Shown here: piece by piece, positions 38,724 through 52,513 of the stretch
Layout of the letters: the number at the start of each line of letters is the position of its first letter
Position numbering within the stretch: position 1 is the first letter of the stretch
Assembly: GCA_016748015.1 (NCBI GenBank)
Contig: JAAOMT010000254.1
Span: 62,221 to 126,000 of the forward strand
DNA length: 63,780 nucleotides
Source: Geosiphon pyriformis uo1
Taxonomy: Eukaryota > Fungi > Glomeromycota
Reading direction: 5' to 3'
The notes under the pieces: model-generated
What the model was told of the DNA's origin: nothing
What the model saw: the letters and a program-made list of their open reading frames with translations, nothing else
Databases searched by the model: none
Translations under genes and position numbers: made by a program

Positions 38724-39659
38724 TATTATCAACTAAAATTTGAGATATTATTTAGCATGAAATTATTTTTATAATTTCTATTATTAATTAGTACATATTA
38801 TTATTTTAATTTATTATATTAAATTATTTAAATTATTATTTAATTAATAACCTATTTATACAGAATACAAATATAACCAAATTGTAATATTCAGATATAA
38901 CATTTAAAATTCACCAAAATATTTAGTAATTCAATAAAATATTTAATATTTCATTAAAATAATCTATAATTTACAAAAATAACTTGTAGTTTGACAAAAT
39001 ATATCTTTAATTTACCAAAAAATTAAGAAAAAAAAAGTATTAAAGCATAAAATAATATTATAATAAGTTGTATAAAAAAAAAACTTCTTTCTTTAAAAAA
39101 TTTATCTTATTCAAAATTAATTTTTTATTAGATATTTTTCTTATAAATTAATTCCAATAAAAAAACACACTTTAAAAAATATAAAAATCTTAAAATATTT
39201 CTGTTTAAAATTAATTATTAATAGGTTTAGATTCAAAACAATTTTCTTAACATATTTTATTATTTTTTTTTTTAATTTAATTTATTTTTTTTAGTTTATT
39301 TTCTTTTCTTTTTTTATTTTTTATTTTTTATTTATATTATTGAATAGTTTATAGTCGAGATTTTTTGTAAAAGAGTTGACTTTTATAGCAAAGTATTTAC
39401 ACACATTTTTAAAAAGCTTACAGATAAAATTTTTTTATAAAAAAGTCGATTTTTATTATAAAATAACTATATAAATAATTGGCATAGAATTGGCCATTCC
39501 ATCATAAACCCAATAGCATATACAATCCAAAGTATAAAAAAATATTTTAGAAGAAAAATTAGCTTATTAAAAGTTTATTAACTTTTATTAATAGTAGAAT
39601 TAACAACAAAAATAGTATTAACAATATTAAGAAAAAGATAAAAAAAACTTCTAATAATA
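38724..39659 (+). mobile_element. Highly eroded solo LTR, family D-like
   Basis: Aligns end to end with the reverse complement of 58655-59623 (blocks AAATAACTTGTAGTTTG, AAGTTGTATAAAA, TTGACTTTTA, GAATTGG.CATTCCAT). Flanks ATAA/ATAA. Confidence 0.8.
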
Positions 39660-40258
39660 ATAACTCAGCCAAAAAAAAAATTATTTTATGTTTTTAAAAT
39701 TAATAATATTTAAACTATAAAATATTTAGATAAAGTAAAAATTATTTATAAAATTTATTAAAAATAATAAAAAATAATAAATAATAAACAAATCTTAATT
39801 TTATTAATAATAAACTGAAAAAAATAATAAATATAAAACATAAAATTTAAATAATTATTTTCTTTTTATATAAAATATTATTTAATAAATAGCAAAAACA
39901 GTATTAGTATTAAAGTTAAAAATAATTATTTTTTGTTATTTTAGAATTTTATATTTTTAATCTAATTATTTTTTTTAAATAATAAAAGTTTGAAATTTTT
40001 TCTTAATTTTTTTTTGTTTTTTAAGCAAAACTAATAATTTTTTAATTGTTAAATAATCTTTTTTACTTATTTCTTAATTTTTAATTTATAAGTTTGTTTA
40101 TTGTAATATTTTTTTTATTATGTGATTAATGAATGAAGTCCAATTATTATCTAGTACATAGAATCAAACTAAATGGAACACACTAAATACAGCTTATGCA
40201 TTTACTATATGTGGCCAATCACTTAGGCCAAACAAAACAATACTATACACTTATATTA

Positions 40259-43200
40259 CAGTCAGGGAAATTTTCCGATTTGTCAATGGAAATTATTCTT
40301 TTTATGGTAGTAAAAAAAATTAAAGAAGTTTCTGAAAATAATTGTAAAACACTAAACAAAATTTCTGAAATATTACTCTTTTTTTTTATAAGCCATCATT
40401 ACTATCAGAAGACAATGACAGAACTATTATATCTGGCTTGTTGTTTATGGGTATTATGAGAGTTTTAATAATAGTTAACATATAGTACAGTACTGCTGCT
40501 CTTGGTGCTTTAAAGACTGGTGGTACTTCAGAAACTGGTAGTGCTTTGAAGACTGTTTTTACAGGTATTGATGAAGTTATTCTGGATCAAATTTTGGCTA
40601 ACAAGATTACTTTTTCTCTATATTGGGAAAAGGAATTAACAGACCTACAAGCAAAAATAATGGCCTAATAGAATTCTCTGGAAACAAGTTTGTTAATATA
40701 ACATTGTTTGAGCAAATCAACTGAGAACAGAGTTTGAATTTACCTTTCCTTAAGAAGAGAAATGTGACCAATAATAAAATTCAGAGCATAAGAATTCTGA
40801 TATATACCCAATAAATACATTTTTACACCAACTTTGGCATCTGTGATTAAAAAAGGGCTCTATACTAGCAATTATATTCATTATTTGACCAATATTTAGT
40901 ATTAACAAGTAAAAGTTTGACTGATAGTTTTAAAAATGTATTAAAAATCAACTTTTTTGAAGCAAATAAATCCACATTGAATGCTTTTCATAATCCGAAC
41001 ATAATCACATAGAATGGAGATTTAGACCTAAACTCAACATATTATGTTTTAAAAATACCAATTATAAATAATAATGCATTCAATCCAACATAAACAAAAC
41101 TGTACACAATACAATATATTTTTAACTTCTTAAAGGATATTTATTAGACTGTTATACAATCAACTTAATAAGTTTCGAAAACATGATCACTTAAAAGAGA
41201 TATTAGAGAGTTAATAATAAATAATTATTGTAATTTTATTAACAGATTTACATTTTTTGATAATCTGCTTTTTTACTTGTTACTAGAATTAGTTTCCAAG
41301 TATCTAACAATGTTTTCTTAATTTGCCTTGCTTTAAGAAAGTCTATTTTTTTTATCTATGCAATTTCACTGAATTTTTTCATTTCTTTGCTTAATATCTA
41401 TTTATGGCCAATATTACAAAAAACACAATTAGAGACATTTGGATTTACAAACTGTGTTTTTTTTATCTGAACTCTAAATTGATTTGATTTAGCAATAAAG
41501 CTAGAACATGTACGAGATCTGTATATTTTACTTTTAGAATATCCAATAACATTAAAAAAGTTAGTATGCAATTTCTCAAATTTGATACAGTTATGTGCTA
41601 CAATTTCCCAATGTCATTGTGAAAGTGTAGAAAAAATCAATGATTTGAGTGTTTTGTTAATTTTTTTAAGTATTGCATTATGATCTTGATGTTGATTTAA
41701 AAGTTTAGATTGAGAAATTACAATTTTTTCTTAAATCAGCTTGTAAACTTTAGGCTTTAATTGTAATTATTGTTTTTCATTAGCAATTTTAATTAATTGG
41801 TAAATAGAATGACACCAAGCAGACCAAATTGGTGCAAACATTTGTCTAGCTACAAGTTTTAATAAAACCTATTAAAACAAACTCCAGTATAAAAGTTAAT
41901 AATTGCTTGTAAATAAAAAAAGACTTGTTCATACTTTAACCTAAACGTAGGATCTGTTTTATTTTGGGCTCATTCTAAGTAACCTTCAACAAATAGATTT
42001 TTCTTAAAAACAACATATGACCACATTAATTCAGAAGTCATTGCATGCCTATATATAATACATATTGAATTTCACAACTTATGATGATCAGGACATTTTT
42101 TAAAAAACTGCAGTTGACTTTCACTCCAATATTTTTAACATTGTGCAAAGTATTTTATATCAATATTCCAATTCAGCTCAACAAATGTTTTTAGCATATT
42201 CATTTCTTCATGAAGAGCACCCAAAACCAATATAAGTCAAAGAAAGTTTTTTTTGATTATTTGTACATGATAATAAAGTACTCTATTACATGTTACTATA
42301 ACCTATCTGTGGCTACTATCTTTAATGCCAGATAATTCTTTAATATGTTCAAAAATCTTTTGAATATTGGCAATTGAGTTTGAATTTATGGCTATTGGAT
42401 TAGAAACATATAATTGCGACATATAAACATCAATTTCTAGATACAATTGTGTATTTTCAAATGTATGAGAATAAGGAATGGGTTTTTTGGTAATGTCAGC
42501 TGATTTATTCAATTGATTTATTTTGGTGATTGTTGGTAATTTGTTATAGCATACAGGACAAACTTACTTATTATCAATGTTAGACAATTAACAAGTTGGA
42601 CATTTTTTTAGAGAACTAATTTGGCTTTAATGTTGTACTAATTCATCAATCATATTTGTTTTTTGACTTTTTTTTGCACAAAGCTCTTCTAAAATAATAG
42701 TAAGATAATTAGTAAGTTTTTTATGAATTTCATTTATCATATCTGAAGTTAAAAAAAATAATTTCTTATATTCTTTTTCGGGAAATTCAGAATACAACCA
42801 AGAGTCTATATTTTAAATATTATTAATTTAATTATAATTAAAAGCAATAAAATTCGTGACAATATTAAATATGACTGTATTATATCTGCAATCTAAGTAA
42901 TTTTTTTGACTTTTTTGTTCATTGTCAAAGGCTAAAAATAAAAATTCTTTGGGAAGTTTTAACTGTTCTATAGCCAAACTTTCTAACCAGTTAGTAAACT
43001 TTTTATAGCAACTGGAACTTATAATATGATTATTAATATTAATGACTATTTTCAATTTTGTTATTGAATATTTGATTGCTAAAGTGGCTAAATTAATAGC
43101 AAAAACATATTTTAAGTGTCTTGATTTATATATAGTATCAATTGCTACAACACATTTAAAAAGCTTTTCCCTTTCATTTTGATATTCATCTTCATTATGA

Positions 43201-44142
43201 GTAAGAGTTTTAATAAATCTTACAATAACTGGATTTTGTTTTGCAAGCCATGTTAAAGGACAATATTCTAAAAGACTATCTAAACTAAAACATTCATGCT
43301 TTTTTTTCAAACTTATTATATTATTATACAAATTATTTTATTCCTTTTTGGCAATTTTTTTTATAGATTTAATATGATCTTGTTAATTATTAAATGCTTT
43401 ATCTAATTGCTTTTTTAATGTCACATTCTCAGATAATAATTGCTGATTAATATTTTCTAACTTCTGTATTTATTTTATATAAACTTCATATATTAAATCT
43501 GACAAGAATACTTGGACTTCAAAATCAAAAAAAGGTTTTTCTAATTCTAACAATTTGTTATCATTAAAAAGTCTTGGTTTTTTTCTTTCTGTTTTTTTTA
43601 AATCTAAAAAAGTTGAAACATTTGATTTAGTAATTTATTTAATAAAAAACTTTTAAACAACAATCTGATTATAATGTCTTTTACATAAAGAGTAATTGTT
43701 TAGAGAGTCAAATAATATAGTTAATCTAAAAAATACTTAGTTATTTCTGTTATTCTTTCTGCTGCAATACTAGCTAATATATATCACTATCTTTAACTTT
43801 CTTTAATCTTACATTTTACTAATTAACTTTTGTTATATTTACTGGTAAGAGATTTCAACAAACAGGGTAAGTCTTTGATATTCATTATAAAGCAAAATGT
43901 AATTTTAAATCCAATTTAATAAAAAACTACTATGTAAAATTGTGTGAATCCTTATGAATTCTGAAACTTTGTGTTTATAAAAGTATGTTTCTACTGTTAG
44001 TTTTGATTTTTATTTGAAGTATTTGATCAATAAAGTATTATTAAATTCTCTATGTTAATAATGCTAAACACCAATTAGATTACAAGAATTTTTTGTGGAT
44101 TATTTCAGAATTGATCTATAAAATTTAAAATCTCCCTAATTG
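40259..44142 (-). mobile_element. TIR DNA transposon with a decayed DDE-type (Academ-like) transposase
   Basis: 16-bp TIRs CAGTCAGGGAAATTTT and (reverse complement) CAATTAGGGAGATTTT, with 3 transition mismatches. TATTA duplicated at 40254-40258 and 44143-44147. Inserted into LINE copy 3. Confidence 0.82.
41300..43885 (-). pseudogene. Transposase relic
   Basis: LAFDNEQ (~42920); CPTC..CPVC zinc ribbon (~42548-42603); NPIAIN.NS; VIVTC(D)(G)V(P)Y (~42275-42303); LILVLGALHEEMNML (~42192-42236). Boundaries are approximate and the superfamily assignment is from motif recall. Confidence 0.62.
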
Positions 44143-44163
44143 TATTAACAAAAGCATTACCAC

Positions 44164-45217
44164 TGTTACCTAAGTAAAAAAACCAATCTGAAGTTATGAA
44201 GAAACATGACCAAGAATGTAACATAACACAGAATAGTATGCAATAACATTAAATAATACGTTATAACTTAAGATAGTGCAGAATAACATGTTATAACATA
44301 AGATAACACAAAATAACATATAATAACACCAGATAATATGTTATAACATAGAATAATTAGTAATAATGTAAAAAAATGAAACAATAACAGAAATAACAAA
44401 GCAATAGTTAGCAATAATAAAACAATCAAAAGCAATCCTATAAAACCAAAAATATATATAAAAGCAAGTAGTTATAGAAAGTAGAAATGGCAAACAAATA
44501 GATACAAATCACTAAACAAGAATCAAATATTCTTACCTCTTCCATCATTTATTTTATTCTATCTTCATCTTCTGAAATAAATCAATTATTAAGAAATCAG
44601 AATCACAAATTCATGTTCTTGAACTTTGTAAAATTTACATGAACTAATAATTGTTTTGTATCTTTATTCCAGAATAGATGCTCTTAGCATAACTGTCTCA
44701 AACTATTAACAATTTGGACCAATCACTCTTGATCACAGTGATTGATAATACTAATTTATCTTTTTTTTTATTTTCTTTCTTTTCTTTTATTTTCTTTCTT
44801 TTCTTTTATTTTCTTTTTATTTTTCTCTTGTGAAGCAGCAACATAGTAAAATTAACTGTCTAAGAATAGACTTCATGATAGTTTAGTAAAAAAGGGAAGC
44901 TCTCTCTAAGTTTTTGGATATTAACATTATCTTGATAGCTTACTAAAAAGGCAAAAAAACACCACCAGACTCTAATGACTGTGCTTGTTAGCTTGGAATA
45001 GAAAGTTCACCTTTATAAGAAGTTGCAATCAACGAAAACCAAAACTCTGTGCCTTATAACCAAAAAACTCAATAGGTAAATTCACAACCAGTAAAATAAG
45101 ACCTTTAGAGACTGATAATCAAGATTAAGCAACCAGAATTACATAAAACATGCCTTACCAATAATTGAGAGCACTAAACATTACCATCTTCTTACTTTAC
45201 CAAGTTTACTCATAACA
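44164..45217 (+). repeat. 5' LTR, family C
   Basis: TGTTAC...TAACA; direct repeat of 53280-54314; internal ATAACA tandem array. Confidence 0.93.
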
Positions 45218-45219
45218 TT

Positions 45220-45236
45220 TGGTGCTTCTTGTAAGG
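45220..45236 (+). promoter_or_regulatory. Primer binding site TGGTGCTTCTTGTAAGG
   Basis: TGG starts 2 nt after the LTR end. Confidence 0.8.
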
Positions 45237-45284
45237 TTATAAATCCACAAAAACAGAGCACTCCAGAAATTCATAAAAGTGGTG

Positions 45285-47250
45285 ACTATTAAAACAGTAG
45301 GAAAAGACCACTTTCCATATAGAAGAGCATTATTTTAATACTTTTAAAAAGATCTAGAAATACTAGCAGAAACTGCTTACACAGAAAGTAATTTTTGTAA
45401 CTATATCAATGCAAAAATTGACTGCTTATTAGGCTGCACAACCAACACAGAAAGACTTAAAGAACAAATCCATCAAAGCTTATTAGGATACTCAACAGCC
45501 ACAACTATTTAAGCAATTGCTGAAACTCTGTACATAATTGATACAGACATTAGATATTACATGGCAAAATAATTCTCTCAAGTACAACAATCAATAGAAT
45601 CTAACTCTGAGGAATACAAAAACAAATCCAACAACCCCACAACTGCCCAAGCCAAGTCCATAGTCAACAAGAAACCAAAGTTCCTTTTCTCAACAACTCT
45701 ATTATACTATCAAATACTCCAAAGTAGAATTGTATTCAACCCACCTCCAAAAACCCAGTTGGAAACACCACAAACTTCTGGAAATCCACACCTCTGGGGT
45801 CAACACAATTGGACCAAATCATTAAGAGAATATGGATCATTGTTTGGAAATCTTATCCCAATAATTAATAAAACAGATAAAAATATGTCAACATGGAAAA
45901 CACCACCAATCCAACCCTTGACTGAATCATCAACTACTCCTTTTGAAAAAACAGCTATTCTCCAGTTCATTAAAAAAATTAACAAAAGGAAACAACCAGA
46001 ATTAGCACCAGAAAAACACCTTAACATGCAAACACCAAACTCCTTAGCATCAACCAGTAAGATTCCACCTATTTACCAGATTATGGCTTACTGAGATATT
46101 GCCAAATTAGAGAAATTCTTTAGTGAAAAAGATAATGCATATACATAGATTGCAGAAGCCAAAAAAGTCATTACTACTAACAATTGGGATGATGATAGAG
46201 CCATTCAAGCATTGTCATTTTTTCTGACTGGAACTGCAAACTTATAATATCAAAGTCTTGCAGAAAAACCAACTGACTTTGCTGCTTTTAAACTTGCCTT
46301 TCTGCAATATTTTTGTGACTCCAACACTCTCATCAGATTACAAAATCAGTTCAGTATCATAAAACAAAAAGATCATAAAACAGTAATCACTTATCTTGAA
46401 CAATTTAACCAAATCTTTTGTAAAATTTAGGCCATTGAAAGGGACTACTACACTATAATGCAAATCCTTAATCAATTCATCAAAAGATTAAAAAGCAGCC
46501 TCCTCTAATCCATAAGACTCTGCCATCTGACAAATCTACAAGAGGCAGTTACTCTTGCTCATGACTTTAAGTCAGCAAAACAAGAGACTAATCATACTTA
46601 AGCCGTTAATCTGGCTATTAATAGAATATTCAATATCAACACAAAAATTACTCAATTAAGTGAGAAATTAACTCAGAAAATTGAGGGATTTTTAGCCAGT
46701 ATCATAAGACTCTACCAGCCACTATAATAAAGGGATAGTAATAACAACAGATACTAACAACAACAGAATCATTAGCAACAACAACAATCTTAGAGATCTG
46801 ATCTCTGTAATTGTTACTATTGTTAGAAATCTAGACACATTGTCTGAGATTGCCATAAGAAAATAATGGACCAAAATTAAAAAAAATCAATATTAGCAAC
46901 CAAGATACTCTCAAAACATGGTATTCCAATACTCTGCACCTTAATATCAACTATCTTAATACTCACAACAAATTTAGTATACTTAGCAACTGCCTCAGAA
47001 CTACTATCAGTCATCACAGCCAATGGCTTAAACAACATCCCAGTATCAAAACCCTGTTAATAACCAACCTAGACATCATGCAATTGATTACAACCAAGGA
47101 TAGAAGAACTCCAACAACAATTAGATGCCAACTAACAGTATACTATCATGATCCCTAAATTATAGTAATATTCTATCTTGACCAGTACCAACCAGATACT
47201 TTAACCAAGTTTCATATCTTGGTCTCAATGAAAACCAGGATTTTTATAGC
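45285..47250 (+). pseudogene. gag: gag of family C
   Basis: IAKLEKF..NNWDDDRAIQAL.FFLTGTA capsid-like region; QFIK.LK; eroded knuckle CYYC*KSRHIV*DC at ~46812-46853; Gln/Pro-rich tail. Boundaries are approximate. Confidence 0.8.
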
Positions 47251-47429
47251 TTTATATTTTTAGAAGAAAAAAATGTAAAAGAGACTCCCAACTCTTTGAG
47301 GTAAAATTAAACCAACAATACTATTCCACCTGCCACTATCACTGAAGATACCACCCTTGCTGCTATTTTTCCTTTTGATATTGATGGTCTGAACACAAAT
47401 AGCCTTTTCAGTGAAACTACCATAAATCA

Positions 47430-50400
47430 GAACAAACCAATTATGGCACTGTATACTGATGCTAAAGTCAGAAACATAAACATTAAATTAATTCTCAATA
47501 GCAAATCAACAGGCAGTATAATAATGAAACAACTCATGGATTAATTAGGTTACCAAGTAAATCATGCTGCAACTGTCTGAATAATTATTACAGATAACAA
47601 TACCAAAACTCCAATTGGAGAAATCAATAACTTTTTCTTTAAAATCAATAGAATCCAAATTCCTATAAAAGTTCTGGTTATAGAAGCCATGCAATATCAA
47701 GCTCTTGTCAGAAATGATTAGTTGACCAAAGCCCATATCACTTTTGACTGAAACACACAGGAATTACAGATCACCTTTAATGAACAACATGTCTGAGTTC
47801 CAGTTATGTGTGGACACTTTAAAGTCCAAAGCTCGGAGGAACCACTAATTGAATTTGAAGACACTACACCACCACCAACCATAGAAACCTATCAAGTTTC
47901 GTGAATAGATGATTTCTGAACAAAGTTACTTCCACTACCAACTTGAGAAGAAAAGGGAAAGGGAAAAACAGAAGAAGAACTACAATTGGCATCTGCAGGC
48001 TATTTTATCTTAAGTCAAAGAAGTCAATAGTATCAAACCCTGAAATTAATTTGTGTTGACTGTAAGAAAAGTTATTTTTTATAGATGCATGTATCAGAGA
48101 TAACAAAAAATGGCCAATTGCCACTAAACATTATTGCAGACTTTGTGTGTTGGAAAGATTTGGCAGACCAAAATAACAAGGCAAATGAAACAATATATTA
48201 TGCTTTGTCTGTAACAAGATTCTGCCAGATGAAAAACTATAGAATAATGTTCTCAGCAGAAAAGAAACATGCAATGAAACATGTCAATACACAATTTTGA
48301 TCAATGATTGGATACAAAAAGGAACTCCAATTAATGATACCTGAAAACAAGCATTATAATGATTAGACAGGTATTCCTACAATGAACACAAGATTTGAAA
48401 AATGGTGAGTGTGAAAGCAGAGGGCACTACAACCAATGAAGTACTGAAAATCAAAAACAACCTCTTATTTCTTCCAGAACCCAAATATATTATGACTTTT
48501 GATGTCTTTGGCAATATTGAGGACGACCCAAAATACTTCCATGAGCACTACCAAAACTTGGCACTGACTAGGAAAGAGCAGAAACAAAAACTAGCTGACC
48601 TAAACATAAAACTGTACGATCATTGTTTGATTTCTTACTATTTTCAGTACTGCGACAAATGCAATATCATGTTCAACTTGCCTCCAAGAAAACTATACCC
48701 AATTACTGAACTACCAAAACCCAAAGAAAAGAGGAATTAATCATCAAGAACATGTCATTTCAAGATCCAATTGAGAATACTAAAACAGAACAGTATTTTG
48801 TGTATCTCAACCTATCTAAAGAATTAGAATTAAAATGGTACAGTGACAACAAGGAAAGAATTTGCCTAAAAAAAGCACATGACACCAATGTTGGTTTCGA
48901 CCTACAATACCCTAAACAATCAATCATAGTTATAGTCTTATATTCCTTTGTAAAAATAGATCTTAAGATAGTATTAGAAATTTCTGTTAGTACAATGGTA
49001 CAAGTTGCCTCTCAATCTAGTTTAGCCAAAAAAAAATTAACATAAAGAGAGGAATTATCAATGTTAGTTATACAGGAAACATCATAGTGATGCTACAGAA
49101 CAATTTGAACAAACTCTACAAAATAGAATCACAAGAAAAGATTGCCCAAGCTATCTTTCTACTCCTAATCAAAATGCCCAATTGAACCCAATAACAACCC
49201 AAAAAAAATTAAGCCTTACTGTCTGAGAAATTAATGGGTTTGAATCAAGTGGAAGAGAAAACGTACTAATTAACTTTATGAAGAAAGATAATAATCAGGT
49301 AGAACTTATCTATACTGACACAGTCATTTTTATTCTCTTTTATTAACAATATATCCTCAAAGTGAATCAAAAGATCCAAGATCAAGTCTTATTATTTGAA
49401 GCCAATTCTGAAATCTGTTTTTTAGCTGATGTTGCTAACTTATATCTATTGGCCAAAGTCCATAAACACTTCAAAATCTCTATTTATAACCTCACAGAAG
49501 ATGTAATTGAAATCCCCAAAGAGACTCTTATTGGTTCTATCTTACCAAACATTCAACATTCCAAAAAACCCCAGTCTATTTCAGATTTTATGCAATTGTT
49601 CTTATTTTGCAATATCACTTCACAAGTATGGAATCAGCCAAAAGAAAGTTATTTGTTTACACCAGAAGAGATTAATAAATTGAATCTCGGGAACTTAAGT
49701 ATCCTGTAGCAAATGCAATTCAAGATTCTCTTGAATCAATATGCCAATGTCTTTGCCAGTAAAAATGAATTTGGATGCACCAATATTGTAAAGCATCAGA
49801 TTGATACAAGAAATGCTTAACCTATTAAACAACAAACTTATAAAGTACCTTCATCTGGTGACAATTTTATCAAACAAGAAGTCCAATGAATATTTAACAA
49901 CAGCTTAATCAAAGAATTGTTAAGCCTTTGGTTCTCTCCAATAGTTCTGATCACCAAGAAAAATAGAAAGATACAATTCTGCATGGATTACCAAAAATTA
50001 AATAGTATCACCTAAGAAGATAGTTACTCCACTTCCCTCATTCAAGAAATCCTAGACAATCTAGAAAAAAAGAAATGGTTCTTGTTATTAGACCTAGCCA
50101 GTGGATATTGGCAGGTCAAAATGGATCTCAAAAATAAAATAAAAATGGCATTTACCATTCAAGACAAAAACTTTGAGTTTAATGTAATGCTCTTCAAATT
50201 CTGCAATGCTCCTACTATATTTTAATGTCTTATAGATGTTGTGTACAAAAGAATTTTTTGGAAATCAGTTGTAGTTTACTTAGATGACACAAATGTATTT
50301 TCTAAAATGTTTGAAAATCATCTGCTTCATCTTCAACAAGTCTTCAAATGCCTTTGAAATGCCAGATTAAAACTCAATTCTGAGAAATGTTTCTTTGAAA

Positions 50401-52447
50401 AAACCAAGTTAAAATTCCTAGGACACATAATTGGCAAAGACAGAATCAAATCTGATCTGGACAAAGTCCAAAAAGTTAAAAATTTTCCAGTCCCAATCAA
50501 CTTTTAAAAGTTATGAGGATTGGCAAGATTGACAGAATACTACCACCAATTTGTTAAAAGGTTTTCAACTATTGCAAAACCTTTTCACCACTTGTTGTCC
50601 AAATACATGCTGTACCTATGAAAAAAAAACCAACAAAAAACATTCGACTATTTCAAGCAGTGATTGATTATATTCCCAATCCTGATTTATCCAGATTTTA
50701 CTAAATGGTTTATTGTCATTACAAGTGTCTCAAAAAATGCTCTAGAAGCAGTCTTATCACAGATAAAATCAAACAATAGAGAACATCCAATTGCCTATAC
50801 CAGTCGCAACACTAGCCCAGCAGAAAAAAATTACAGCACAACAGATTTGGAATGTCTTATCATTTATTGGGCCATACAAACATGAAAACATTATCTTGGC
50901 TTGCCTTTTGACCTATATACTGATCATAAAAGACTTGTTTAATTACTTAACAATCCACAATTGGAAGAAAAATATGCAAGATAGAGTACTTATCTACAAC
51001 AATTCTTACTTAAAGTTCATTACAAAGAAGAATCCAAAAACACCAATGTCAACAGTTTGTTAAGGATGCCACAAACCTAATCCCAGACCCATGGACACAC
51101 TCACTTATCAATGACAATATTAGTACTTATTAACACTATGTTTTAAGGAGATATTATCTCAACAGAAACAAAGTACCATACAAAAACAAGCCTGAAAATA
51201 TTTTATTCAAGACAACCAACTATATCAACGAGAATGCTGAAACCACCTCACCTTACAATGAGTTATAAAGAACAATAAAAAGAAAACGATATTACATAGT
51301 ATGCATTCTAATCCAACCACAGAACACTTTAACAAAGATGCTACTTTCGAAAGAACATTAAATTTATACTATTGGCCAACAATATACAAAGACATTTTTG
51401 AATACATGCTCAATTATGATTTATGCCAGTAAAAAGGAAAAGCAAGATTAACAGAACCACTTCGACCCATTCTAGTTGAAAATCTATTTAATAAAATTGG
51501 GATTGATTTGGTTGGACCTTTCTTAATTACATCTCAAAGAAATTACTATATTGCTGTAGTCATAGACTATCTTACAAAATGGCCAGAAGCCAGAGCAATC
51601 CAAGTGGCCAATGTCAAAACAGTAGCCAAATTTGTGCATCAAGACCTAATTTGCTGACATAGATGTCTGAAAGAATTATTATCTGATTAAAGAACACATT
51701 TTGTTAATAATACATTAACTGAAATAAACCAATAATTTGGAATAAAGTGACTTTTATTATCACCATATCACTCACAAACAAACAAATTAGTAAAACAATT
51801 TAACTGAACATTATACAAAGCACTAGCAAAAATAAGTCATAAAAATAAACAAGAATAGAACTTATTCATATTTTTTATACTCTTTGTATACCAAACATTA
51901 AAACAAAAAACAACTCAATTTACACCCTTTAAACTAGTCTATGAAAGAAAAGCTATATTACCAATTGAACAAATGATACTGTCATATCCAACAGAAACAA
52001 TCAATAAAGAAAATTTTGAAGCTACCTTATACCAAAAAACGTACCAGCTAATAGAAACATTAAAGAACAACAGCTGACAATATTAGTTATGCTCAAGAAC
52101 AACAAAAAAAAAGACATAATAACTGCCTATCAGAACAACCAATGGAATTTAAGATTGGAAACCAAGTATTGTTACATCATACAAAAGCTGAGAAACAGTG
52201 GAATGGAAAGTTTGACCCAAAGTGGGACAGTCTATTCCACATATATAAAGCTTTAGGAAATAGAGCTTACAAATTATGATTGGAAGACAAGATTTTAAAG
52301 AAAGTAGTACATGGAAATTGGTTAAAAATTTATTATGCAAAACAGAAATCATTATTATCAGTACCTCAGCTAAGAACACAAATTTCATTAATCAGACCAG
52401 AAGATATACTACGAGATCTAAAACCAATCATCATTATTGAAATATAG
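47430..52447 (+). pseudogene. pol: pol of family C: protease, Cys-rich insert, dUTPase, RT, RNase H, integrase
   Basis: LILNSKSTGS is an eroded LILDSGSAGS (~47490). AHDTNVGFDL dUTPase (~48875-49250). YLDD at 50277-50288. HPIAYTSR; IGIDLVGP; KWPEARAI; KFDPKWD. Confidence 0.92.
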
Positions 52448-52513
52448 ACAATGTGCAGCAAATTAAATTAGAGAATTCAAATATATATAGTATCTGAAAA
52501 ACAGCAAGAAACA

